A DNA stretch of 64,000 bases from Torpedo marmorata (taxonomy: Eukaryota). Shown in pieces: positions 48,551 through 61,084 of the stretch (positions within the stretch are counted from its first letter, which is position 1; every line of letters starts with the position of its first letter). Where the stretch lies: contig OZ360219.1 in NCBI GenBank assembly GCA_977017645.1, forward strand, positions 1,984,001-2,048,000. The letters run 5' to 3'. A program made the position numbers and the translations under genes. Below the pieces are notes generated by a model. It was not told the DNA's origin and did no database searches. It saw only the letters and a program-made list of their open reading frames with translations.

Positions 48551-49869
48551 TGCTAACAACTGTTTTAATCATATGCAGTTGAACCTGGCAAATTAGATAA
48601 AAAGAAGAGCCAAAAACAATAATGCAACTATTGCACCAGAATAAACCAAGTCCCATCTCCTGCTGTGACATAAAGGTAATTTTTCAGTATGATTGTCCTC
48701 AGTTGAAAATCTTCAGAGTTCACATCTCTCTTGTATCATTAAGGAATAATAATGATAAATCTCTTTCCAATATCTTAATTTTTGGACCTGTTGATGGTTT
48801 TTGCTTTAATAAAGTTGTTATCTCATATAGAGGAATATATAAGTGTATGAAAGGTGAGTTTATGCTTTTGCTTTTATAGCTCTTTCCTATGCTTTGGGAT
48901 GAATTTTCCTCTCCGAGGGAGAAATGAGATCATGTTGGGAAATGTGCATTGGAATTAAGATATGTAAATGATATGTAAATGATATGTACCAGCTTGAACT
49001 CTGTTGAGACGTTAACTACAAAATGTGCTTTCAACTTATTATCGTGACTGGAACATCAAGCTCGTACCAACTGTGCTGGTATTCACATTAGCACATATCC
49101 ACAGATGCAATTTTGAGGATCACGAGCACAGGCTGAAATTAACTGGTGCTAATTGATTCCATGGCTATAGCTCTTAATGGAAACAGATCAGACATGGAAC
49201 AGAGCAGACACTAAGATTTTTGGAAGAAGTTCTGGAACTTAAGTCGACTCCTCAATCTCGGAAAATATCCTCCCTGTTTTTTGTCTGTCAAACACTTTAA
49301 GAAATTTGTAAAGTTTCAATGAGATATCCTCTCATTCTTCTGAATTCCAAAGAACAGTTTTGTACTGTTCAATCTTGCCTCGTCCATCAAACCTGTCATC
49401 ATGGGAAGCAGTCCTGTAAATCTTTCCTGCACTCTCTCCATGGTAAGTACATGGTTCTTTAGGTATGGGGACAAAAGCCATTGTCACATGTTTGTACATA
49501 TTTGTCCTTTGCTGTGGCAAAAGTCACAGAATTAGAAGGAGTTGACAAAATAATGTTGCCAGTGGCAGTCATGACAGAATGAAAATCAAAACAAAACTGC
49601 AAATGTTTGAAATCTGAAATGAAAAAGGAACAAAAAATGTTGGAGATGCTCAGCAGGTCAAGCAGCATCTGTGAACATCGAAACAGTTCATGTTAGAGAT
49701 TGAAGAACCCTTATCAGACTTCAGCCAGAACACTGCATCATGGCAGAGGTGTGAAAAAAGAGTCCAATGGCTGGCTCGATGATAAATCCAGTCACTTTGA
49801 CTTGCATTATGTTCAGAATTGGAAGTCATATTGTTGCCAAGCCCATCAAGGTGAACACCGAGTATTCCA

Positions 49870-50682
49870 CTTAAATAAATAAAGAAAATTTAAAATAAAT
49901 AAGAATAAAGAAAGTTTTAAATAAGAGTTTAAAATTGTAAAAGTAAATGTTCTCTGAAGCAAAACACAACCCCATTGGGAACAAACATTCAGCCAGCGGA
50001 GCGCCCCGGTCGCAACCCGCCCGCAGCAGCTGTTTGAATAACGTTTCAATAAAGTTATGTTTAAATAAAATGGCGGCGCCCAGGATGAAGAGCCGGCTGA
50101 TGCCGCTCACCGCTGGGGCGACTCTCCCAAAGTGTCTCCCTATCCCTGCCTGGTAAGAGTCTTTATATTTATTAGTATATTATTAAGTGTATTAGTAAGG
50201 CTTTATCATAAAACTTGGGGGAGGTGGGTTAACTATGACGTTGGCACGGTTAGCATAGTGGCTGCTGTTACAGCACTTGCGATTGGGGTTCAAATATAAA
50301 GGAAGGTGTGCCAAGGGCCTGATTGGGACACTTGCGTGGAGGTGAGTCAGGTTGTCAGTGCGAGGGGAGGGTTAATTATGACGGCGGCAAGGTTAGCATA
50401 GTGGCTAGCACACCACTGTTACAGCGCCAGGGACTGGGGTTCGAAGTTAAATTTTGTAAGTTATGGTAATTACCTGATTAAAGCGAACTTTTACATAATT
50501 AAAGACTAAAGTACTGATTTTTTAAAAAAAAACATTTTGCCTGTTTTTTTGTCTTTTAAACCGTGTATTCTTAATGCAGGTGCATTAGATAGGCATTGTA
50601 AGATTGAGTCTCAGTCAACCGGAAAATTTGCATATCTGACATCCGCGATCCTCGTAGGTGTTGGATAATAGGGATTTTACTG
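49870..50682. mobile_element. Non-autonomous Tigger/pogo-like DNA transposon remnant (right end only)
   Basis: Right end GGATAATAGGGATTTTACTG|TA is related to the 24473 MITE; left boundary uncertain. Confidence 0.5.
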
Positions 50683-50849
50683 TATCAATAATGAGATCAT
50701 GAACAGGGATGGTATTTTTGCCTTTAATACTGCTGTTTGAAATTCAAGTACAGGCGTATATGGGACAAATCCGTATTCTGTCCTGGAAAGTTCCCTTGGA
50801 ATCTTTAAAATCCCTTTGAAAAACCAGAAAACTTTCTTGTTATGCCCAA

Positions 50850-52880
50850 ACCAATACTTACCCTGCAGCAACAGGTCCAAGGCAGATGCCATCCCAATGG
50901 CTCCACACAAAGCCCTGGAACACCTGGACAGTAAAGATGCATTCATCAGGATGCTCTTTATCGACTACACTTCAGCATTCATCACCATCATCACCTCAAA
51001 ACTGATCAGCAAACTCCAAGATCTCGGCCTCAATAACCTACCGTGTAATTGGATCCTGGATTTCCTCAACTCCAGACCCCAATCAGTGCAGATCGGCAAG
51101 AACATCTCTTCTACAATCACCATCAGTACCGGAGCACCACAAGGCTGCATACTTAGCCCCCTGCTCTACTCACTTTACACGTATGATTGTGTTGCCTGGT
51201 CCGACAACAACACCATTTACAAATGTGCTGACGATACGACAGTAGTGGGCTCTATAAAAAGAGGCGATGAGTCACCATAGAGGAGGGAGATTGAAAACTT
51301 GGCTAAATGATGTACTAACAACATCCTCACACTCAATGTCACCAAAACCAAGGAGCGATATTATAGACATTAAGAAGGGAAAACCAGAGGTGTAAGATCC
51401 AGTGATTATTGGCAGATCAGGGATGGACAGGGTGATCAAATTTAAATTCCTTGGAGTCACTATCTTGGTGGAGCATTCCTGGACCCAACATACTAATGTC
51501 ATCATGAGTTGAAGGGCCTGTACTGTGCTGTAATGTTCTAAGAAAGCATGTCAGCACCTCTACTTCCTCAGGTGTTTGCATAAGTTTGGTATGATATTGG
51601 AAACATTGGCAAATTTCTACAGATGTGTAGTGGAAAGTGTGCTGACCGGCTGCATCATGGCCTAGTATGGGGGCACCAACACCTCCGAGCAGAAAGCCAT
51701 GCAAAAGGTAGTGGACACAGCCCAGGACATCAGAGGCAAATCTCTCCCCACCATTGACAACATCAAAATGGAACACTGCCGTCAGAGAGCAGCAGCAATC
51801 ATCAAGGATCCACACCACCCAGGACATGCTCTTTTCTCACTGTTGCCATCAGGAAAGAAGTACTGTACGTTTCCCATTATCCAAAATGCTTGGGACCGGA
51901 CCTATCTCAGTTAAGCGGATTTTTCAGATATTTGGGAATTTTCTCTAAAGCTCAGTAGCATCAGGAGAATACTTGTATCGGTTGTTGCCGATCCCCGACA
52001 CCTCCCCACGCAGTGGCCGATCCCCGACACCTCCCTACCGCTGTCGCCAATCCTGCCCGGGAGCCCGAGGTCCCCGCTCCTGCCCGGGAGCCCGAGGTCT
52101 CACCTCACCTCTAAGTGGTAGAAGATTGCACAGGGATTGTCCTCCAGCAGAATTTCAGCGACCCCGCTGAAAGGGTATTTGACAGAGGGAGCTGCTTGGG
52201 TGAGCGAGCGCGGCTTGAGCAGGCGGGGAGAGAGCGCGGCTCGGGCGGGCGAGCGGGGAGAGTTCGTGGTATTCAATTCATATTCTGAGAATGCCACAAT
52301 GCAATTTATCACAAAGTTGCTGTAACTCATGGCAAAAAATGACAATTTATAAATAAATAATCAGTGCTATTCTTTCCTTCGATGTGTAACCTATGGACAA
52401 ATGTCTCCTTTGTAAAACTGATTCCCTGCAGCCCCACTTGAGCACAGTGGGTAAATTTTTTTCAACTTTTTTTCAAATTGTTACATCATGTCTCACCCGA
52501 AAAAACTTTTGGATATTCGGAATTTTGGTTGATCGGTTTTCAGTTAATCGGAAACGTACTGTGTAGGTGCCACAAGACTCGTACCACCAGATTCAGGAAC
52601 AGTTGCTACCCCTCTACCATCAGACTTCTAAACAACACTCAGAGACTCATTTAAGGACTCTTACTTTGCACATTATTTCTCACTGAATATTTATTTTTTC
52701 TGTATTTACACATTCAGTTTGTTTACATTTCGTTCTTTGTTTATATTTCTCTCTTTTGTATACATTTTTTTTTTTTAGTACAGTTTACACTACCAATAAG
52801 TAGAAATTGTGCATGGTCCACAGGAAAAATAATCTCAGGGTTATATGTGATATCGTGTATGTACTCTTAACTTTGAAATT
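50850..52880 (+). mobile_element. Rex1/Babar-type LINE split by DNA transposon
   Basis: ORFs 50816-51280 and 51699-51914; resumes at 52562. Confidence 0.85.
51863..52561. mobile_element. Non-autonomous Tc1/pogo-type DNA transposon
   Basis: TIRs CTGTACGTTTCC / GGAAACGTACTG, inserted at a TA in Rex1. Confidence 0.7.
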
Positions 52881-53429
52881 TGATCAAAAGTGCAGTATTT
52901 TTGTGTGATTGCAATAAAGTTCCAGAGGGCCTGAACTCAGTCTTCCAATGCAGAGACCAAAGTTAACACATGTGATGTGCCTGGTTAAGTTTATCTTGGT
53001 TATCAGGAAGTTGACGGTGGGGAATTTGGTGATGGCAACAGAAATGAATATTAGAGGCGCCATATTTATGACTTCCCATGTTCTTGGTAATTGTTTTCTG
53101 TGTCCGTTACATTTGGGTAGCTGCCAGACTGTTTGTATTTGACCTGACCTTGCATTAGTTTCATTATAGGATATTATCCCTCACTAGCCTGGGATTGCTT
53201 GACACATGCAGTACAGACTTGATTCTCGTCCCATTGATTTTTGTGGAATGAAAGTAATCGGTTTCTTCCACATTTAAATGACCACTTTCACTAGAATGTT
53301 GCCTCCCTGGAGATGAAATTTAATTTGTGTATTATTTCTCTTATTTGTTGCTCTAGTACAATTAACTGAAACAGGACCCTTTTTATAATCATTGAAGAAA
53401 AAGGTGAATGATCAGTGTGAATCAAAGTA

Positions 53430-54515
53430 CCGTATATTTCGGCGTATAAGTCGACCCTTGAAACCCTCAAAAATGTCTCAAAAAACGGGGGTCGACTTAT
53501 ACGCCGGATATACTTTTGAGACCTTAAAATCAGCTCAAAATCGAGTTCACGCCGATTCGGCGTATAGGTCGACCCCTGAAAACACGATTCGGCGTATAGG
53601 TCGACCCCTGAAAACACGATTCGGCGTATAGGTCGACCCTGGAAGCGCCTCCCCACTGCCGGCGCCGCCGCTCCCCGACACCTCCCCACCGCCGGGCGCC
53701 GCCATAAACCACCCAGACATTCTACAATTGTAGAGCCCGAGGTCCCCGCTCCTGCCTGGGAGAACGAGCTCCCCGCTACTGCCTGGGAGAACGAGCTCCC
53801 CGCTACTGCTCGGGAGATCGAGCACCCCGCTACTGCCTGGGAGAACGAGCTCCCCGCTCCTGCTCGGGAGAACGAGCTCCCCGCTACTGCCTGGGAGAAC
53901 GAGCTCCCCGCTCCTGCCTGGGAGAACGAGCTCCCCGCTACTGCTCGGGAGAACGAGCTCCCCGCTCCTGCTCGGGAGAACGAGCTCCCCGCTCCTGCTC
54001 GGGAGAACGAGCTCCCCGCTACTGCTCGGGAGAACGAGCTCCCCGCTACTGCCTGGGAGAACGAGCTCCCCGCTACTGCTCGGGAGAACGAGCTCCCCGC
54101 TCCTGCCTGGGAGAACGAGCTCCCCGCTACTGCTCGGGAGAACGAGCTCCCCGCTCCTGCTCGGGAGAACGAGCTCCCCGCTCCTGCTCGGGAGAACGAG
54201 CTCCCCGCTCCTGCTCGGGAGAACGAGCTCCCCGCTACTGCTCGGGAGAATGAGTCCCCGCTCCTGCTCGGGAGAAAGACGTCGCCGCACCTGCATCTTC
54301 CCGGCCAGAAGCAAAGGTTTATTTTACTGTTTTTTTTACTTACCGGTACTTGCTTAATTTACAGTCGACTTATACGCCGGTCAATGCGCAACATCTCAGG
54401 CATCGAGATTTTTGGGGTCGACTTATACGCCGGATATACCATAAAACCATTAAAATGAGGCTGAAAAAGGGGGGTCGACTTATACGCCGGTCGACTTATA
54501 CGCCGAAATATACGG
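53430..54515. mobile_element. Non-autonomous Tc1/mariner-superfamily (Tc2/pogo-like) DNA transposon
   Basis: Perfect 27-bp TIRs CCGTATATTTCGGCGTATAAGTCGACC; TA TSD; several internal GTCGAC(T/C)TATACGCCG copies. Confidence 0.9.
53740..54275. repeat. 27-bp GC-rich minisatellite, ~20 copies
   Basis: Unit gggagaacgagctccccgct(c/a)ctgc(tc/ct). Confidence 0.95.
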
Positions 54516-56030
54516 TAATTCTGCGGATAAAATGGAAGTGAAATTTAAATGGATTTCACCAAATTAGAATTTTTCATTTTATTGACAATGGTCCTTGGTT
54601 CTAAAGTCTGTCATTCATATTAAAAGTGAACTAATCAAATTAATTAGTTTTGAAGTTCAATCCAATGTTGTAGTGGAGAAACAAGACGCACAATGCCAGA
54701 TCACTTCTGAGTAATCTGTACGTGAATATGGGCTGGGTCTTCACTGGTTAAAGTGTTCAGTTTTAAAATCAAGTTACCGGTACTTACGGGCAGAGCTTGT
54801 GGAACGTTACCTCCACCCATTTTACAGTCAAAAGTAACTGTTAAAAAGCATTGTTAAAATTATGGAATATTTGCTTCTCTGCAGTTGGGATTAGCAGAAC
54901 TTTATATGTAAAAACAGACTACATTTTACTGCCTACATGGGCTCACTCTCTCAGGGTTCCTACGACCAATTGCCACTCTGTGATCAACCCAAGGTCCATT
55001 GGCAACAGCTTATCAGGCTCAGGTTCCTACAGATGGAACCATTATCTGTGGTTCATTCTGGTCCGGTCCCCAGCTCTTAAATGTTCTCTGAGATGTGCTT
55101 CAACACTAAAATGATCATATATGAAACACCAAGGCTTAACCTCATGCAGAAATGGATTGACATTAATTGTGAAAAAAACCCTTCGGCCTAATGAAAGACT
55201 TTTTGATGAAAGCTATTCCATTAGTTAATACTTTTTTCCATCTGAGAGTTCAGAAATGAAATATGGATTGTTATATACCAGAAATAATTGCATAAGGGGT
55301 TAGATTCCTGGTTGCAAAATGATAAATAATCGTTCTTTAAATTTTCACAGAACAGCAGTTCAATAAACTCGTTTACATAAGAACATTTACTTGAAATTTA
55401 AAAAAAATGATTGTTCATATATGTTTTAACCATTGGACATTCCGAATAATGGCACCAATAAAAAGTGAAAGGAGCAGATGGCAGAAGACTGTAGGAATAG
55501 CCGAACCAGTCAGACTAGATCTTCAAAGGGGGCAGATGAAACTTGCGTTCGTATTTTTCCTGTTCATAAATTCTGCGTGAGCAGCTTCCTTCTTGTTTTC
55601 AGAATTTTGCATGTTTTAAGTATGGACAGTTTGCCTGTTTGATGAAAAGCTATTACTTCATTCCTTATTTTCTAATTTCCCACTAGTTAGTTCAAATAAT
55701 ACCTGAAGAATTGAAAAAAATGTCAAATATACCTTCACAATCAGCATTCACAAGGCAAACAATATCAATAAACAATATGAAAAAAATAAAGTAACATCCG
55801 TCCCTAAAAATTCTGATCAACTTGCATTTCCCAATAAACTGACCTATTCATTACAATGAATTTACAATACAGAGACCCAAGAATAATCTAATGCTTTTTA
55901 AAAAATTTAACTAGAAATTCACAATTGCCTGTAAATTTGTTCTTTATTTTTAATTGATCGTTACCATTCAAGACAGAGGAGGAAGATGTTTAAGTGTTTG
56001 CCACCTTTTGATGCATTGTTAAAAAAATAT

Positions 56031-56812
56031 AGCGGCACTGCCGGAACTGCTGTAACGGCAGCGCTGCTGCTGGTGCAGACCCAAGGGAGTGGAGACACAG
56101 AGCTCCAAAGGGTTCAACCTCCCAGTCCTAATGCCGACAGCTCCGTACAGGCTTTAAGTGGCCTGTTAAAGGAGCCCATGGTGTTTGAAAGTAAAATCCT
56201 GAAACCATGAAGGTCTGTGACCAAGATGGTGGTGCCTGTGCTCGGCAGGGGCCACGAGGAGTTGCATACTCCTGGGTGCAGTGGAGCGGCGCAGGGCACG
56301 AGAACTGGGAAGTAATCCCACCATTGAGGAGAAGCAGAGGAGATGATGTTTCATGATGGTGACTATGGCAGCATATCAGCAAGAGGCTTAGTGGCTGAGG
56401 GACCCTCACAAGCTGCGGGTGACTTGCGATTGGGCGACCAGAACGGGCTGCGAGCTGTTGGCGATTAGCGGTCAAGGGACCTGCATGGGCTGTGGGCTGC
56501 TGGAGACTGGCTCATGGGAACCAGGTATCAGGGGGCGCTGAGGGCAGGAAGGGCTCCCGAAGGGCCTCGGGTGCTGAAGGGTTCCTGATCGTGTCGGAGT
56601 TTTGGATCCGGAGCTTGGGTTGCTGATGAATAGAACAGGAGTCTGTGCGGCTGCAGAGAATGCGGGAGTGCTGGAGGCAAATCCACAGAAACACAGTGAC
56701 TCTGAAGGGACTCTCTTGTGCTTCTCTTTCTCTCTTAATGTAAGGGGATGAAGGCAGTTTTGTGTAAACATTACATGTTCTGTCGATCACATGGCAGTAA
56801 CAGCTAGCATGA
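56031..56812 (+). mobile_element. Non-coding retroposon, same family as 32897-33697
   Basis: Shares blocks such as gtacaggctttaa..gcctgttaaaggag and caagatgg. Confidence 0.6.
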
Positions 56813-57369
56813 AAATGTCTTTTCACCAATGTTTATTCACACCATGCAGATTGAACAAGGAATAAAAGGAGCAAAATATTCAGTCACTCAGCTGTAAAAG
56901 CAATATTAGTTTGATTGAGAAGCATTCACCTCAGAGAGAGTTTTAGTCTCTGACAATACATTTGGCCATTATTCCAGATGAATTGTTCCGAAATGACACA
57001 TTGTTGTTCTTCATAGCTAAAATGGAAGTCCTTCATCTCCAGAGTTTGAAAGGTTAAAGAGCAAAGTGTTTTCCAGGAGTGTAGTCCAATATTCATCACT
57101 GCAGCAATGCCACCAAAAATTACTTTGTTAAGAAGTCCTCCTTTTTTGAATATGAAAGTTTTCAGCAAATGAAAAGTGTGCTGGGTTTACCGATGTAATT
57201 ACATTTCACTGTCTGTTGAATGTTTGGAACAATGTTAATGAGATATTTTAAGGCACAACCATTTATTTGTCCAGGATTTCTAAAGATTGGAAAGCTTGAT
57301 TAAACTGTCATCTGACCAAGTAGCTCCCCTGCCTTGGAACTGATGTCAAACAAAAGGGTCGGCAGGACT

Positions 57370-57760
57370 TACAAGCCTCCAACCAGACGGCATCAATATT
57401 GACTTCTCCAATTTCTGTTAACCCCCTGCCCCCAGTCTCTCTCATTCCCTTTCCCCTCCCTCCAGCTCCACACCCCCTTCCGTTTCTTCTCCTATCAGAG
57501 AACTATCTTTCTTAACCCTCTGCCCTCTCCCCCTGTCACTTTTCAGTTTCTTTCTCTGCTATCCTCCCACCTGTATAGACCCATTACCTCTTACCTGCGT
57601 TTCTTCCATTTCCCCTTCACCCACCCTCTCCTTACCTTTTTATTCAGGCATCTGCCTGAATTTTGACATTCTTGATGAAGGGCTCAGGCCAAAAACGTCG
57701 ACTGCCTTTTACTTTCTATAGATGTTGCGTGACCTGCTGAGTTTCTCCAGCACTTTTGTG
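57370..57760 (+). mobile_element. PLE 3' fragment with hammerhead-like motif (57672-57699)
   Basis: LQPDGINIDF tail, pyrimidine-rich 3' UTR, ttgatgaagggctcaggccaaaaacgtc. Confidence 0.75.
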
Positions 57761-58499
57761 TAATGCAAGGTACTGGGCTCCCCCTGAATCAAACAGTCAT
57801 ATTACAGAGCCACGACATCATCAGACCATAATGCACAAAGGGGTCTCTCTGCATTTAACCATAGCCTCTCCCTGGATCATCGTTGGAAATGCCAGGGGCA
57901 TTGCAGGATTGAGTACAAACCAATCCCTGCCCCTTGGGTAGGAACCCAGGGAGCGTAAAACAAACTTCTGGAGGTACACAGTAGGTTGAGCAGCATCTGT
58001 GGGTGAAAAGGAGTCACTAATGCCTCAAGTTGAGACCCTGTATCAGGGAGCATAGTCTGCTTCACTTTTGTACAATTACACAAATTTCTCAGCACCTGAA
58101 ACCCAGCATTCTGAAGGGCATTGAAACCTTCTGATGATAAAATTTAAAATAATGCAAACCAAATGAGCTGAAGGACAATTGCGACTGTAGGACAAAACTC
58201 CCAAAATTGAATGAGAAATAACTTTGCTTGAGATATATTGCAAAAAGTCTTCACTGGCAATCCAGAGAGCATTCAAACATTTTTCATGATTGACCAGGGC
58301 ATTAAATATACACCACAGATCCTATCTAGTGAAGTAGCATAAAAGAGATTAGTTTTGTTTGAGGGTAAAATCAGATATTGGAAAGATAGCTGTTGAACAA
58401 CTGAGCAAATTTGCCCTGAGAATAGAATAAAAAAATATATAAAATAGAAATCTGAAATATAATCAGAAAATTATTTCCAATATTTCCAATGCATTAGAC

Positions 58500-58705
58500 C
58501 AGCCATTTTCAACCAATGGTCCTATGACCCCCTGGGGGCCGCTGTGCATTTAAGTAAAAGTATTTTTCTTTTCACCTCACGTTACATAAATATTTTTCAT
58601 GATTTTATGTAGTCGGTAAGAGATATGTACGGAAGAAACCAAAACTTGACTGCTTCACAGGGAAGGTACTTTGAGCAGAATCCAAGTGGGGCTTAAGAAT
58701 GGCTG
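58500..58705. mobile_element. hAT MITE, ~206 bp
   Basis: 8-bp TSD CATTAGAC; TIRs CAGCCATTTTCAA / TTAAGAATGGCTG. Confidence 0.8.
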
Positions 58706-59197
58706 CATTAGACAGACGAACAAGGTCCTTCACAGCACATTATTTCACCCCTTCAGAGAAATTCCCTTTGCTTCAGCCAACTCCATCTCCTGCCTCCTGT
58801 GTTACCTAAACCCAATTGTTCCTTTTTTTCTCAATTCAGATAAAGAGTTCAGGCCTGTAACATTAACTCTTTGCCTTGCCATCTCTACTGCCTGACCTGC
58901 TGAGTTTTTGCAGCATTCTCTTTCATTCCCCCAAGTGTAAATTTTAGATTGATGGATTAAAGAGTGATCTTTTACAATTGGTCCTGACAAGGTGAAGCAT
59001 TTAACTCTGAGCAAACAACTCTCACATGGAAGAATAAGATAAAAAAATACTGCTCATGATGGGAAAATAGATTAGAATTTGATTAATTGAAAAAGGTATT
59101 AATCAGAAGGTATGCAGAGTCATTGATAACTACTTGGAAACTAAAATGCCATTATGGGTCCCTCATCATAGTTCTCTCAACTCACTGCAATGTACCA

Positions 59198-59341
59198 ATG
59201 TGCTGGAGAAACTTAGCAGTTCATACAGCATCCACAGAAAGTAAAGGATGACCAAACTTCTAAGAGCCCAGGCCCAAAACATTGGTTACCCTTTACTTCC
59301 TATGGATGCTGCATGACCTGCTGAGTTTCTCCGGCACATTT
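59198..59341. repeat. Fold-back of two inverted PLE terminal-repeat fragments
   Basis: aatgtgctggagaaacttagcag... and ...ctgctgagtttctccggcacatt form imperfect inverted arms. Confidence 0.65.
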
Positions 59342-59635
59342 GTATGTTGCACTCAACCCCAGCATCTGCAGACTTTCTTATTTAACTCTCTCAACTCACT
59401 TCTTTCTTCTCCCTCACCTCTTATCAAGAGTGTAACAAATACTCTTTGTTTTCTCTTCTCCCTTCAGTTCAATTTCGTTCACTGAAGAGATGAAACATTC
59501 CAGCCCGAGGAGAAGGAAGAAGAAAGGCAAGATGAACTGGCACAGATAATCAGTCACGCTCAGCATCCAATTCACACGGTCCAGGCTTTGCAAGGAGACT
59601 GAAAAGTATATACAAATAAATGCCTTGTTTTTTTT

Positions 59636-60847
59636 TTTAAGACATACAGTACGGTAACAGGCCATTTCGGCCCACGAGTCTGTGCCACCCAATTTACACC
59701 CAATTAACCTACACCCCCGGTACGTTTCAAATGGTGGGAGGAAACCAGAGCCCCCGGGTGTTGTAAGTGAGGAAACAGGTTTGGTCGGTCTCAAAGGCAA
59801 GGACTCTGGACACACAGTTTTGGTAGTAAAGGATTTTATTTACAGAAGGCAAACGTGGGAAAATGGCAACAGATGCAACACACACACACACAATTTACAG
59901 CAGCTGTGGGAAAATAGTAGTGGCAACAAAACAATGTGCACAATTTATTAGTGAGCGTGGGAAAAAGTCGGGTTGGCAATAAACAACACGTACAGTTTAA
60001 CCGCGATCGTGGGAAAAAGTCGGGTAGGCAATAAAACATACACAGACAATAACGAACGTGGGAAAATCGCATGGGAACAAAGTATACACACACATACAAC
60101 GAAATGGGTACATAGAATAACCAAGGAAAAAATCAATACGATGCCCCAACACCCCTTGACTCAGTGCAGGCACGGCTCTATGCTACTAGGGACACTAATT
60201 AAATGCTCCCAACCCTTTTAAACAGTACACGTCTTACCAACAATTTCTCCAGTGCCCTTCCATGATTCTAGGCCTGGAGTGAAGCAGGGTGGTCCCAAAC
60301 TGGCAAAGAGTGAGACAAAGCACACGCGACACCTTTTATAATGCTGGAGGGCTGGGGGGTCCAGTCCAGGTCGTTAACAGGGGGCTAATGGCTCGGTACC
60401 ATCAAGGTTAATTTGATTACAACAGCCAATGGCCCAAGGCCAAGTACAGGCAGGCTAGAGAGTCCAGCCCAGGTACTTTACAGGGGGTCAATGGCTCGGT
60501 GCCAGTAAGTCTAAGCTGATTACAAAGGAATTTAAATTGGCCAACGGCAAGGTGTGCACTAATGGGTGGGGTGGGGTGGGGTGGGGTGGGGTGGGGTGGG
60601 GCGGGGCGGGGCAGGGCAGGGTCAAACCAAACCAAACCTTGATTGGCAGGTGGTGTGTCTTCCGGCTAGGTAGGGGGCAGTGCTGTCACGTGACAGCCAC
60701 AACCCTTCACAATACACCGGGGAAAACCCACGCAGACACGGGGAGAAGATACAATCTCCTTACAGACAGCGCGGGATTCGAACTTCGGTCCCGATCACTG
60801 TCGCTGTAAAGGCGTTGCGCTAAACGCTACGCCAACCATGCCACCAT
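59636..60847 (-). mobile_element. V-SINE split by solo LTR
   Basis: tRNA head at ~60770-60847; core and tail continue at 59636-59758. Confidence 0.8.
59759..60716 (-). mobile_element. Solo LTR (~958 bp)
   Basis: TGT..ACA ends; 5-bp TSD CCGGG; minus-strand TATAAAA (~60335) and AATAAA (~59836); CCAAT motifs upstream of the TATA. Confidence 0.82.
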
Positions 60848-61084
60848 TTTTTCAGGAAAGGTGGCATAACCTTTGAGAAAGTTTGTGTTCATTGTCCTGA
60901 AAAATGGAAGGGCACAGCACCAAAGGAACTTTGTGTTTGCAATTTGTTGAATGCCATTCTTTCTAAGTGAATGATCTGGTCACCTCAACCTACACAGCTG
61001 GACAGGTCAACATTCTGAAAGTGGAACTAAAATAATTGCAAAACAAATAGATTCCAGCACAGCACAAGCAGCTTCTAATAAAAA

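Noticed and set aside
48959-48988. Tandem GATATGTAAAT octamer-like repeat
   Set aside because: About 2.6 copies with an imperfect octamer; most simply slippage.
49260-49520. Possible host exon with GTAAGT donor near 49443 and ORF 49332-49520
   Set aside because: Resembles an old minus-strand CR1 remnant.
53554-54275. CRISPR-like regular repeats (also 423-555)
   Set aside because: Head-to-tail tandem units without unique spacers, no cas genes, eukaryotic context.
53547-54314. 255-aa ORF of LVLPSRSGE repeats
   Set aside because: Translation of a 27-bp minisatellite inside a MITE; no evidence of coding function.
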